DNA of 40,569 nt from Folioceros fuciformis. Lineage: Eukaryota. The stretch lies in the NCBI GenBank assembly GCA_049999805.1, contig JBNGIO010006230.1, positions 244,200-284,768 on the forward strand, given 5' to 3'. Within the stretch, counting starts at the first letter, position 1. Every line of letters starts with the position of its first letter. Under the pieces are notes generated by a model, which saw only the letters and a list, made by a program, of their open reading frames with translations, was not told the origin of the DNA and made no database searches. A program made the position numbers and the translations under genes. This document shows positions 22,701 through 34,149 of the stretch, piece by piece.

Positions 22701-23372
22701 CTCAAGCTGTAAACATTGCATCAAGGTATCTCTCCAACCCTGGAAAGGCCCACTGGACATGCGTCAAATGCATACTGAGATATTTAAAGGGCACTAGATC
22801 TCTTGGATTGCCTTACAAATCAGATGGAAGTAGCAAGTTAGTGCTCACCTGTTTTTCAGACGCTGACTGGGCAGGTGATCCCGATGCCAGAAGGTCTACG
22901 GCAGCTTACTGCTCAATGATTAACAGCTCAACAGTTTCTTGGGCTTGCAAAAAGATGCCAACCATCTGCCTCTCGTTCAACAGAAGCAGAATATGCATCA
23001 ACTTCACAGGCTGCAAAAGAAATACTCTGGATAAGTTAGTTCCTGCGGGATATCGATGAAGAGCAACATCAGCCAACATAATTGAAATGCGATAATCAGT
23101 CAGCAATCTCAATGACACTCAATCCCGTTCTTCACGCCCGAACTAAACATGTTGAAATATAGCACCATTTTATTCGACAAGTGGTGAGTAATAAGCAAGT
23201 CGCTCTCAGCTACGTTGCTACTGAGGACAATACAATAGACCTGCTTACTAAGGGTCTGTTTAAGACAATACATGAACGACATACTCAAGCGATTGGTCTT
23301 ACAACGCGAGAAGCTTATCATGGAGGGGAGCTTATCTTTTGCCTCCCAGAAAAGGACACTGAAGCTTCCTAA
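19772..23372 (+). pseudogene. Copia A gag end and pol, disrupted
   Basis: WFLDSGATTH, IHSDICGP, RTDNAGEY, YKARLVARGFSQ, LYVNDN, FSDADWAGD, ARTKHVEI; many stops and frameshifts. Confidence 0.92.
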
Positions 23373-23673
23373 GTCACCGCTGGTTAAGACCTAGACTATT
23401 GTTGCACGCTAACAAAATTTCTTGCAGATTTCGAAGTCCCGCCTCTGCGTTACACATTCGCCAGGTCCTATCTTTGCCCACAGCACTTGGGCGCTTCAGC
23501 TTCCGTAATCGCAGTCATTTTATCACTGATGGCAACTACGATGTGAGAACTGATTTGAGGCATCCACATACAGCCGACAGGATACCCAGTACCAGTTGTA
23601 GAGTCCCGTGTGTGATCGAAGCCACCTTTGACATTGATCAATTTCGGCGCACCCAATTCGCCGTGAGGGGGAG

Positions 23674-23907
23674 TGTTGTGCACCATGCGCCAGCTACACA
23701 GGGCAGCGCCCGTTTAGGGCACGTTTTGCAGATGTGGAAATTACGTTTAATTAAAGTCAACTAATAGCGGTTAATCAGTTGCTCACCAACGGTTATTAAT
23801 CAAGCAGTTATTATTGGACACGGTTACAACTACCAAAGTACTTGTATAAGTGGACCAAAACCCTTAATCAGAATACTCCTTCTTCTACACACATCTGTCT
23901 GCATTTA
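23674..23907 (+). repeat. 3' LTR of element A
   Basis: Follows the PPT, matches 6960-7190, followed by TSD TCTCT. Confidence 0.93.
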
Positions 23908-25259
23908 TCTCTGTGGTTGCTTCCAGGTTTGTGTCACAGATGTTGATTGGTCTCCACGCACAACAATGCAGTCCAGCTGGGTGTTTCCAGGATTTGATGT
24001 GTCATGGATGCAGGGGACGTGGGATGTTGGATTTGGGCGACGTAATGCTTATTGGACAGGAAGAGGCAATAGACCTCATTATCTACAAAATACTGGAACA
24101 TATTTATCTACCCCGCATTGTGAACACATTGAAGGAATCATCTTGTCTTCTGTCATTGTCTAAAAGAAGTATGGCGAGGCCTCCAGAAAATTCATCCAGA
24201 GTGTGTTAGGAGAGTATGCAAGGCATTAGAAAGCTTTAGCGGTCGCTGATAACAGGGAATAGTCACCGCCATTTGTTACTTTCATGAGGGAGAACTCAGA
24301 GGTCGTGACTTGGTCTATAATCGAGATACAGTATACTTGCAGGGAAAGAACCTTCTGCAGGCTGCCNNNNNNNNNNNNNNNNNNNNNNNNNNNNNNNNNN
24401 NNNNNNNNNNNNNNNNNNNNNNNNNNNNNNNNNNNNNNNNNNNNNNNNNNNNNNNNNNNNNNNNNNAGCATGGTGACCTCAGGTGGCCAACAATGTGTGA
24501 CACGCCAAGATTCTGTTTAGCATGGTGACCTCAGGTGGCCAACAATGTGTGAGACGGAGAAGTTTTGGCGCCTTTGACTGTGTGGGAATTGATCTCCCAG
24601 CTTGTGCTCGTAGAGGCAGATTCACCAACGTTTCTGAAATGTTGGTGATAACACAGTCCCCCGAATTGCAACAAGTTTTGGCGGTGGGGCACCATAAACA
24701 GTTGGCACCCACCGTCCTCAGCCAGGTAGCCTTTCTTTATAAGTAATAGCGCCATATGGTGGACAAGTAGAGGAGCTTGCCCCGACGTCTCAGTGGGGAT
24801 GACAGGATCGTTTCTAACATCTTGCCGGAAGTGCGAGCAGTATGGATTTCGGGGTTGGGAGAAAAACGTCATCATTTTCTCCACGTTTCAACATAGTATG
24901 ATGAAACTTATGGGGAATCCGACCTTTAGGCGCAGACCAAAGTATTACTTTGAATTTATGAAAAAAAACCATATTTCTGGATGTTCCATCTGATAAACGA
25001 ATGGCAGAATTATGGATGTCTCAGATGGAACAATGGAAACGGACAACAGTGTGATTTTTAACACGGAGAGCGTTGAGTACACAGAGAGAATTAATTTATG
25101 AGAGTGTCCAAGGCATCATAAGCGCCTGCACACAAAGGGACGTGACTAGACATAGAGAGAGACGTGACTATTCAATTTGGTGTCTGTTTTGAGCCTAGAG
25201 CTTCATAAATGACCACTTTCACACACCCCCCTTAAAGTGAAACGATCAGAATCTATGGT

Positions 25260-28200
25260 AAAGCTAAATCTATTAGTCCTAATAAGGAGCAGAAAAACCA
25301 TCATGTTTAATTTTCCCAAGAGGCTTGGTCAGGATGTCTGTAAGCTGATCTTCAGTTGGAACGTAGGTTAGGAGTAATTCGCCTAATTCCACCTTCAGCC
25401 GCAGAAAGAGATAACACAATTCGATATGTTTGGATCAATCGTGGAATCAAAGATCTAGTGAGAGAGCAATGATAGTTTGGTTGACGCATATGAGCTCAAG
25501 AGGTCCCTTGTGTGGATATCCAAGATCTTAAAGTAGTTGGACGATCCATAATCCTTCTTTTGTTGCAGAGGCAGCAGCGATGTATTCTGATTCAGCTGAG
25601 CTAAGAGCAATCGAGGATTGCTTTTTCGATTTCCAACTAACTGCGCCACCTGCAAGCATGAAAACATAGCCGCTGGTCAATTTCCAAGTGTCCGGATCTC
25701 CAGCCCAGTCGGCATCAATCCAACCAATCAACTTAGTCTGAGCATTAGGACCTCCTTTATGTTGAATCCCACGGGTTTTCGTCCGCTGAAGATATCTAAG
25801 AATTCTCTTAGCTGTCACCCAATGTAACTTTCCAGGACTTGATAGAAACTAAAAGACATGGCCATTGGAACATGCTACATCTACTATAGTATATTGAGCT
25901 AAATGTTGAACGCTGCCAACTACACTAGCATATGGGACTAACTTCATTTCAGCAGTTTCATCATCTGTTTGGGGTGACATGGTTTTGCTTAGTCTAGCAC
26001 CTGTCTGCATAGGTGTGTCAACAGGTTTACAGCTAGACATATGATACTTGGTAAGTAGATTAGCAACATACGTTCCCTGATGTAGAGTGACAGTGTGATG
26101 AGAGGGATCTTGTATAACCTGAATGCATAAACAGTACGTCATGCTGCCATTATCAATCATTTTGAACTCTTGCCTAAGAGCCGACTTGCATTTAAGTAAG
26201 TACTTCTCATCATTGGAAACCATAATCAAGTCATCAACATAGAGACCCATCATGAGTAGCAGCTGACCTTTGTTTCTTATGAACACATTGGCATCTATAG
26301 AACTTTACACATAGCCAAGTTTCAGCAAATATGTTTGGAAGCGTTCGTACCAGCCTCTTGGAGACTGTTTAAGACCATAAAGGGTTTTCTTAAGTTTGCA
26401 CACCTTGGACTCCCGTCCAGAAACTTCATACCCAGGAGGCTGTTGTACGTAGATATCCCCCTTTAAAATCCCATGTAGAAAGGTCATCTCCACTTATAGT
26501 TGATGTATAAGGATGTTGACATATTCGGTCCATCTTATTTAGCATATAATAATGTCAAACTTCTAACCTAAAATAAGTAGTTAGGGTTAGAAGGTAGTTA
26601 CACAAATAACTGTTGTGTGTCACCTGCGCGTGTGTACATGAACCTACAAGAACTATGTGCGCTATCTTTTCTTTTTTTAATGCAACTTTGTATACCCAAC
26701 GTCAAAGAAGACTATGCAAAGCAGCTAAGGCAAGCATCACACGTAGAGAGATGAGTTTAACTATCGGGCTGAAAATACTTGTCTCAGAGTAATCCACTAC
26801 GCTCTTTTGTGTGAATCCCCTAGCTACGAGTCTGGCCTTGAATCTGGCCAAGGAGTCATCTGCATTGTGCTTCTTTCGTAACACCCATTTGCTTCCGACA
26901 ATGTTCTGTCCATTTGGTGGATCAACCAAAGTCCTTGTGTCATTAGAAATCAAGGATTGATATTCACTATTCATTGCCTGCTTCCAGGAGTTAGATTCTG
27001 GTCCTTCAAGAGCTTGTTTGACAGGGACAATATCAGCACTGAACAAAGCGTGAGAGGAAGTGACATGTGACTTCTTAAAAGTGAGGTCATGATATTTTAC
27101 TCCAAGAATCCCTCTGTTGGATCTTGTAAATCATCTTATAGGCTCTAGAGAGTCTGGTTGATCCTGCATAGCAATATTAGGATCTTGTATGATGCCTCCT
27201 TGTGGCTCAGTAGGATTAGGCCCGACCCTTGGCACAAGGCTGTGAGACTCAGCGTCCGAGTCATAGTCATAGGGATCAAAAGGGTCTTCTCTAGTATCAG
27301 GGGTTAGTGGAACAGCCGAAGGAACTATATGGTTTGGAGGTGGTACTGGAGGGAATTCTTCCTCAATGGCGGTAACAGCTTGAGTTGTTGATAGAGGCGT
27401 TTCACGCTCTGCAGGAAGCATATCTTGAGGGGAATTATCGAGGATAGAAGTTTCATCGAAGATCACATTTCTTGCTAATGTGAAGTGGAGGGTTTGTCGA
27501 TCGTAAAGACGATAACCCTTCACGCCGACATCTTCCCCGTATCCTACAAAGGTAAGTTTGATGGAGCGCAGATCCTGCTTCTTTCGAATCTCTGGTGAAA
27601 CATATTTATATGCCGGGCATCCAAAGATGCAGAGATGGCTAACATTTGGTTTCTTCCCTGTCCACAGTTCATAAGGTGTTTTATCTGCGATAGTTAAAGT
27701 CTGGCAGTGGTTTTGTACATAGCAGACAGAGGTAGCAGCCTCTGCCCACAAATAATTCGGAAGGCCTGTGGTGTTGAGACTGCTGCAAACTCCATCCATT
27801 ATTGAGCGATGGCGTCTTTCGGCCTTGCCCAATTGCTGATGTGAGTACGGCACAATTTTCTCGTGTTGAATTCCATGGGCTTGTAGATATGTCTCAAAGA
27901 TAGGTGAGGTAAGTTCTCCCGCATCATCAGTCCAAAAGATCTTCAACTTCTGGCCAGTTTGGTTTTCAACATAAGCCTGAAAGGCTTTGAAGCACATGAA
28001 GGCTTTGGGCTTGTATTTAAGAAAATACAAATGTGTATAGTGGCTGAAATCGTCAAGCAAGACGAACATGTACAGCTTTCCTGTGAGGGTGGTTGTCTGC
28101 ATAGGGCCACAAAGATCAGCGTGCACTAATTCTAGCACGCGTGATATCTTGCTGTGAGATTTCGGGTAAGGTTGACTTGTATGTTTGCCAACCACACAGT

Positions 28201-29677
28201 AGGAACACAAAGGTAAGTTGCCCAACTTGGAAGGTAGCCCTAAAACCATATTCTTGCTAGACATTCTCTGCATGCCTTGTAGGTGCAGATGTGCTAATCG
28301 CAAGTGCCAAAGGGTTGTGGTGGTACCTAAATCGGTGGTTGCTAAACTGAGATGTGTGGGCTGCACTTTTTCTAGAGTGGGCAATATGCCCTTAGCCACG
28401 TAAAATAACTTACCACTCTGGAGATAAAAAAGCTTGGCTAGCTGTCCTGTGGTATGTCTGAACGTAATTAGAAAACCTTTATGAGTAAAGTTAATTGTGC
28501 TAATGGGTTGTCTCGTGGCTTGTGTGACTGACAACAGGTTTTGTGTTAGTGCAGGAACATGCAGGACGTCTCGAATGAAGACAATATCATTCTGCAATTG
28601 GACCTACACCACTCCCTTACCAACTGCCTCGTGGGGAGAGCTATCTCCCATATAGACAATTTGTGGAGTAGGGAAGGCTTCATATGTAAAGAACCAGTCC
28701 CTCCTTGGTGTCATGTGCTATGTGGCTCCACTATATAGAAGCCAGGAATCTTGGGTAGACTGATAATTCAGTGTTTGAAACTGAGTTGAGAATACCTAAG
28801 AAGGGCCTTGACTTGTAGTTTGGGCAGTGTTGATTGAGCCAGGAGTAGGAGTAGGGTTTTGAATCCCTGCTGTTCTGTCTCGTTTCTTCTTCCTACAATC
28901 AGGTGCGATGTGCCCTAGTTTCTGACAATAGTGACATATTTTATTCCTATGTGCGGGATTGTTGGGAGGAGGGATCCGTTGGGATCCTCCAGTAGAAAAA
29001 GAGGGTTTGTCGGAATTCCAGCACTTCTTGCTACCAACAAATAGAGCAGATATACTCGCTGGAGTACTTGAAGATAGGTGGGATTATCGTAGTCTAGGTT
29101 CATGCATAATTCTAGGGATTAATGTCTCAAGGGTTAAAGGATTGTTGGCTGTTGCACTATTTGATTGTGCTGTGATAAAAAGGCGTCATGATTGGGATAA
29201 TGATGTCAAGAGATGCATAACCTGTGTCTCATCATCCAAGGTTAATCCAGAGGAGATGACTGCATCTAGAGAAGCTTGCAAGTTTTCTAAGAAATCTAGG
29301 ACAGAATTGCCTTCTATGAGCTTGTTTGATTGCAATTGTTCTTGAGCATAAAGCCTAAAAGCCACGCTCCCCTCGTGACATGTGGATTTGAGCTTGTCTC
29401 ACATAGCTTTTGCTGTAGTTAATCTTTTGATGATAGGTATTAATCTATTTGATACATGCAACAATATGTCAGATCGTTCTTAAGCATCCTTGACCAACCA
29501 TGCAGGTAAGTTAGCGTGGTTGGCTGCAAGCTGTACATCTATGCCATTAACTACAGTCGATGTGGAACTTCTTAACAGAAGTATCTCAATAGGGGATGCC
29601 CAAGTGTGATAATTAACGCTAGTCATTTTATCAATCTGATAGGCCCTGTTAGTAGAGGGGTTTGCCATTGTGCTCAT
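25260..29677 (-). pseudogene. Copia D gag-pol, disrupted
   Basis: VNYHTWA gag start, LVHADLCGP, FKARLVARGFTQ, LYGLKQSPRGW, GLYVDDL, WIDADWAGD, SSAESEYIA; many stops and frameshifts. The 3' end coordinate is approximate. Confidence 0.9.
26514..26704. mobile_element. Solo LTR (191 bp) inserted in the RT of element D
   Basis: TG..CA termini, flanked by AAGGA/AAGAA (4/5 TSD). Removing it with one TSD restores RT ..ALAALHSLLIHQL.. Confidence 0.8.
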
Positions 29678-30396
29678 ATTGTGCTTGCTAGGATGTAGAA
29701 TCAATGATTTTTGCTAATCATGTCTAGTTGTGATTGAATTTTGTCTAGGATTGCATGGATATTATCCGGTCTCCTGTAAATGTCATCTAGATAGATGGTA
29801 AAATTAGAAAATTGAGAGATGTAAACACGATCTCTGTATTGAGCAAAACTTATTGATTGTTTGACTAATTTGTGTGTGATCTTTTGATGCAGGAGACTGA
29901 TCTCACTATCTGTATGGGTAGGTGGTGAAACATTTTTATACGTATGGGAATTGTTTCTTGTTTTCTGAAAGTGAGAAGGAGTTTTCCTTCTACTGCTAGA
30001 ATTCTGTTCAGAATGATAAGTGCATCGAGGGCAAAATCTATCCATATCGGATAGTTTCAATCAGAGAGTCTGCCCTACATCAAAGATTCTAAACATGTTC
30101 GATTTTTGTCATGAGCTCTGATACCATATGATTTTTAACACGGAGAGCATTGAGTATGTACACAGAGAGAATTAATTTATGAGAATGTCCAAGGCATCAT
30201 AAGGCGCCTGGACACAAAGCGACATGACTGGACACACAGAGAGACGTGACTATTCAATTTGGTGTCTGTTCAGAGCATTAGAGCTTCATAAATAACCACT
30301 TTCACACAAGCAGCAGCAACAAACAACGCTCTTCTACCAGATTCCATCAATCTGGTAGAAGTTAAAGAAGCGAAGTACCATAAGTGGTGAAATCAT

Positions 30397-33300
30397 CGTC
30401 CCGTGACCCGGAATCAGGGCAAGACAACGATTTCCTCCAGTTAGTTGTCGCTGAATTGTGCCCTTTATCTCCTTAAGCAGAGGCCATTAGATCGAGCTCG
30501 GAGCTCCCAGTGGCCTTGGAATCTTCAGAGCTAAGGGTCCGAAAATGGTTCAAATCTGGTAAGTTGGGAACAGTCTTCCACAAGAGAAGATCACCGTAGG
30601 ACAGGAGGAAGATGATTGGAAGTTACAAACTGTTGTGTCAAGAACTATATATGGTTTGAGGAAACTAACCACCGTGTAGAAAGCAGGCAGCGATGCCTCC
30701 TTGGAAAAAATTAGAGAGGAAAGCGGACAGCAGACACCGCTTTTTACATTAGAAGCAGCGATTGTGGTACAGTATGACAATGGATGGTGTATTGACTTGT
30801 GGCCACTTCGCCGCTGCATTATTTCGGAAACCCTGCACAATTGCACATGCGGCCCCACCACCTCCAAAAACTGCTGAAAGACTGTTGACGTGCAAACTGC
30901 TGCTAACGAAAAGCTAACACACAGGAGCCAGGACTGCGGATTTGCTTGCGTAAGCTACGTTTAGTCACCACCAACTGTGAACGCTAACCCACCACAGAAG
31001 CTCCATACATACTACCTCATTTTAGACACCTTGAAGGTGGAAATAGGACATAGGGCGGGGCCTTGACTCGCAGGTAGTAATTTACCTCAGAACCACATGC
31101 GAGTTAAATGTATCCTCAAGTCTTGAACTCCGGCTTGAGGCACCACGTGCCAAAATTCTGTCCGGACTGGTTGTAGTCGCAGATATCGCGCAAAGTATTT
31201 TTCAACGTATGCTGTCATGAATGAGAAACACATGTGAGAACGCTAGGATGCCAATCTGCTTGCATCAGCTCAAGACTGATATGCATGACACTGTACGCAC
31301 CTTAGGCTGATGAAGCTCGTCCATCAGCTCCTTCAGTTTCCAGAGAGGTTTAAACTCAAACAACGTGAACAACTCCCTTTCTAGTGTCTCGGAATCTTTG
31401 CTGATCCGCCTCATTGGTTCTGGTTCGGCATGCTTCCCCTTTCGTTTCCTCCCGACAGGCTTCTCTTCTCGTTCCCTCTCGGCATCCTCCTCTTCTGGTT
31501 TCCTCTTTTTGCCCTGACAAAGTGAGCATACACGTAGCTAGCTGGTGAAGATGGTTTTCCGCAAAAATCACATTCGTGTGCATACATGTATATCGTGCTA
31601 CATAGGAGTGCGCTATTGACGATCATTACTGGGAGTTGGGAAAGACAGGGACAGAACCTGCTTAAATATTTCAATCTTGCGATCACGAAAGCCATAACTT
31701 AAAGCCGTCGGCTGATTCATCAGCAGCTGACACCAGGAAACAAGTTTGACATGTTAGCCTAGCCATGAGTGCTAAGGTGAAGGAAGTCTCCAACTGCTGC
31801 AAGATGTGAACCTTTGCAGTCGGTCTGGCGTTGGCCCTTCGCTCCCTTGCGCTAACAATCGCGCCATACTCCACCAAATCGCTCACGCTACCATAGCGCT
31901 GCAGGTGGAATATATCCTTCACTGTTCCCTCAACTGCAATGTTACCTGCAGAGGGTATGCACGCGTTGTGTTCAAGAGAGCTCACCTCAATCCCCGCACA
32001 GTTTCAACACGGCCCGGAAGGCCGGGCCGTCACATCACAGCCAAGAACGTTAACTAAACCATCTGTATCCTACGTATACGGTAGCAATTACCGTCGGGCT
32101 TCGTAAGAAACGTGATCATTGATGGACAACACTCCCGGGATTTACTCTTCATCGCATACGTCACTTCCGGTTCTCCATCGTTCCCGAGCACCGTTAACAA
32201 GCGCTGCGCAGCATGGCAAGAAAGAGAGTGAGCACGTCAATCCAGGTCTAGTCATCACCAGGTCCAGGTCCTAGTGAATCGGCCGCGCACACAGCTGGGC
32301 CCGACATAGATGGAGATGAAATGCGGATGTGGCTTTGTCATGAAGTTACCTTTACAGGAGCAGTAGGTTCGCGCACATCAATCTGCATGGTCATCAGACC
32401 CAGGGGCTCCTGCGATCCTCCGCGTAGCCGCTCCCCCCATCGCCTGGAGAGCTCTGGCGGGAGTTTGATAAGCATGTTTTCTTCGCCCGCGTTGGTAAGA
32501 TCTAGCCGTAGTACGGTCCGCGTCGGCGAAGAACCATCTTCTAGGCTTGGGTCGAGGGCCATGGTGTCTCACTTGGGCTACTGAGGGCAGCTGACACGTA
32601 CTTGGCCGGGTTACGATCGGACGACCTAAGAGAGACTTTCACAAGACAAGGCTTTCCCGCTTTCACAATAAAACTGAACCAAGGCTTCAAGCATATGTAG
32701 ACGGGTCGGGCCTCGGGAGACATTAGGATACGGCTACTCGGTTATGAACATTTTTATCGACACGAAAAGCGAGTGAAGTTTGATTTTGCGCACGGGCACA
32801 AGCTTTGTCCTTGGACCTCGGCGTCTGGGCGACGGGCTCAGCTTTGTCCTTGGACCTTGATATCCTTCTGATATGCTCGGCAGGGGGGAGCGCACAGATA
32901 GTATCCGGCGGGGCCGGGCTCCCGCACCAGAATGGATATGGATGCCGCTGCAATCTCGGGGCCCGGAAGTATGTGATGGGACTCTGCCATGATATCGATC
33001 CTACCAGGTTCTCGATGCGTACGTGTCCCGATCCGGGTGGTGACTCAAGACGGCGTCCCCTAGCCTGCAGCCTTGACAACAGAAGGCTTTGGGCGTTCAA
33101 GGAGCTCGGGAAGGAGGAGTCGGATCGGAAGGAGAAGCTTCACCCGATGTGGATGGTGCACCCATGTCCTGATCGTCGGGCTATCTGCACCCACCAAGAC
33201 ATGTACAGCCATCTGTGTGGTTGCTTCCAGGTTTGTGTCACAGATGTTGATAGGTCTCTAAGCACAGCAATGCAGTCCAGTTGGGTGCTTCCCGGATTTG

Positions 33301-33430
33301 ATGCATGTCTCAAATGGAACAGAGGAAACGGACAGCAGCAGCAGCAGACAACGCTCTTCTACCAGATGGCAACGCTCTTCCATCAACCTGGTAGGATTAG
33401 AAGAAGCGAAGTACCAGAAGTAGCGATTGT
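30397..33430 (+). repeat. Tandem duplication, copy 2 (free of LTR insertions)
   Basis: Paralog of 3381-6165 plus the short segments flanking A and D. Lacks ~6170-6923 and ~24000-25013 of copy 1. Confidence 0.93.
31116..32562 (-). CDS. RAP30: TFIIF beta subunit (RAP30/GTF2F2)-like, copy 2, 278 aa; exons 32562-32350, 32203-32092, 31945-31812, 31726-31658, 31513-31301, 31211-31116
   Basis: All splice sites conserved with copy 1 and no stops. The only exonic indel is an in-frame 9 bp insertion in exon 4. Confidence 0.85.
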
Positions 33431-33740
33431 GATACACCTGATCGATAGGCTCAACCAATGAAGGTGAGCAGAGTGACTTGCGCCGCTGGGCAGCCTGCAT
33501 TACAGGTACTAATTATATGCATAATAACCTCCAGACTCTGCGATGCCCAGCCGAGCCACAGCCTCCGGACTCTGCGCTGTCGAGCCGAGCTCATCGTCCT
33601 TCAAACTGAACCGGGGGAGTATCGTTGGTGAGCTGCCGGATTGTGCGCGTCATGAACAGCGTACGGGGCGAATCGATTTCCCGAGTAGGCCAACCTCATC
33701 GGGAACGGCGTATGGCGTCACCAGGTTTCGACAAAATAGA

Positions 33741-33824
33741 TGTCAGAAGTGGGATTTGAACCCACGCCCCCTTGCGAAGACCAGAACTTGAGTCTGGCGC
33801 CTTAGACCACTCGGCCATCCTGAC
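33741..33824 (-). tRNA. tRNA-Leu(CAA): tRNA-Leu (anticodon CAA), intronless, long variable arm
   Basis: Minus strand GTCAGGATGGCCGAGTGGTCTAAGGCGCCAGACTCAAGTTCTGG...GGGTTCAAATCCCACTTCTGACA. A and B boxes, anticodon stem CCAGA/TCTGG, upstream TATA-like and CAA motifs, TTTT terminator just downstream. Confidence 0.97.
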
Positions 33825-34149
33825 TTGACTGAAGGGAACGGACGACGCATTTAATATATAACTACATATTGCAAGGCAGAATTGCAACATGGAAATATTT
33901 ATATTTTTCATTATTCATAATATATAAATTTAATATAAGTGACGATCTCTTATTTTTAGTTTATTAAAATAAATATTAACTTTAATGCGAGGAATTGTTC
34001 ATTTTCTATTCAACTATTAATCTCAATAATCTCAATGATATGGACTTATTATCGAGATGTGCCAGACTGTGAATCTCTATATATAGTCCTAGCCATTGCT
34101 CACTATATGTAATGACTTTGGTGCGGAAGATGTTTTTGATGTATAGTTT

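Larger units (their letters stand above)
6960..23907 (+). mobile_element. Ty1/copia LTR retrotransposon A (outer element of nest), degenerate
   Basis: LTRs 6960-7190 and 23674-23907; TSD TCTCT (6955-6959, 23908-23912); PBS TGGTATCAGAGC at 7191; PPT TGAGGGGGAG 23664-23673; gag-PR-IN-RT-RH order. Confidence 0.95.
25050..30308 (-). mobile_element. Ty1/copia LTR retrotransposon D, degenerate
   Basis: LTRs 25050-25225 and 30127-30308; PBS (plus GCTCTGATACCA) 30115-30126; PPT (plus CCCCCCTT) from 25226; TSD AACAG/AGCAG with one mismatch; empty site GGACAGCAGCAG in the paralog at ~33330. Confidence 0.94.

Noticed and set aside
24468-24552. 34 bp direct repeat with 51 bp period
   Set aside because: Abuts a 101 N gap; cannot separate a collapsed repeat from an assembly artefact.
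32805-33461. 218 aa plus-strand ORF
   Set aside because: No recognisable homology, spans two deletion junctions, and the frame is not conserved in copy 1.
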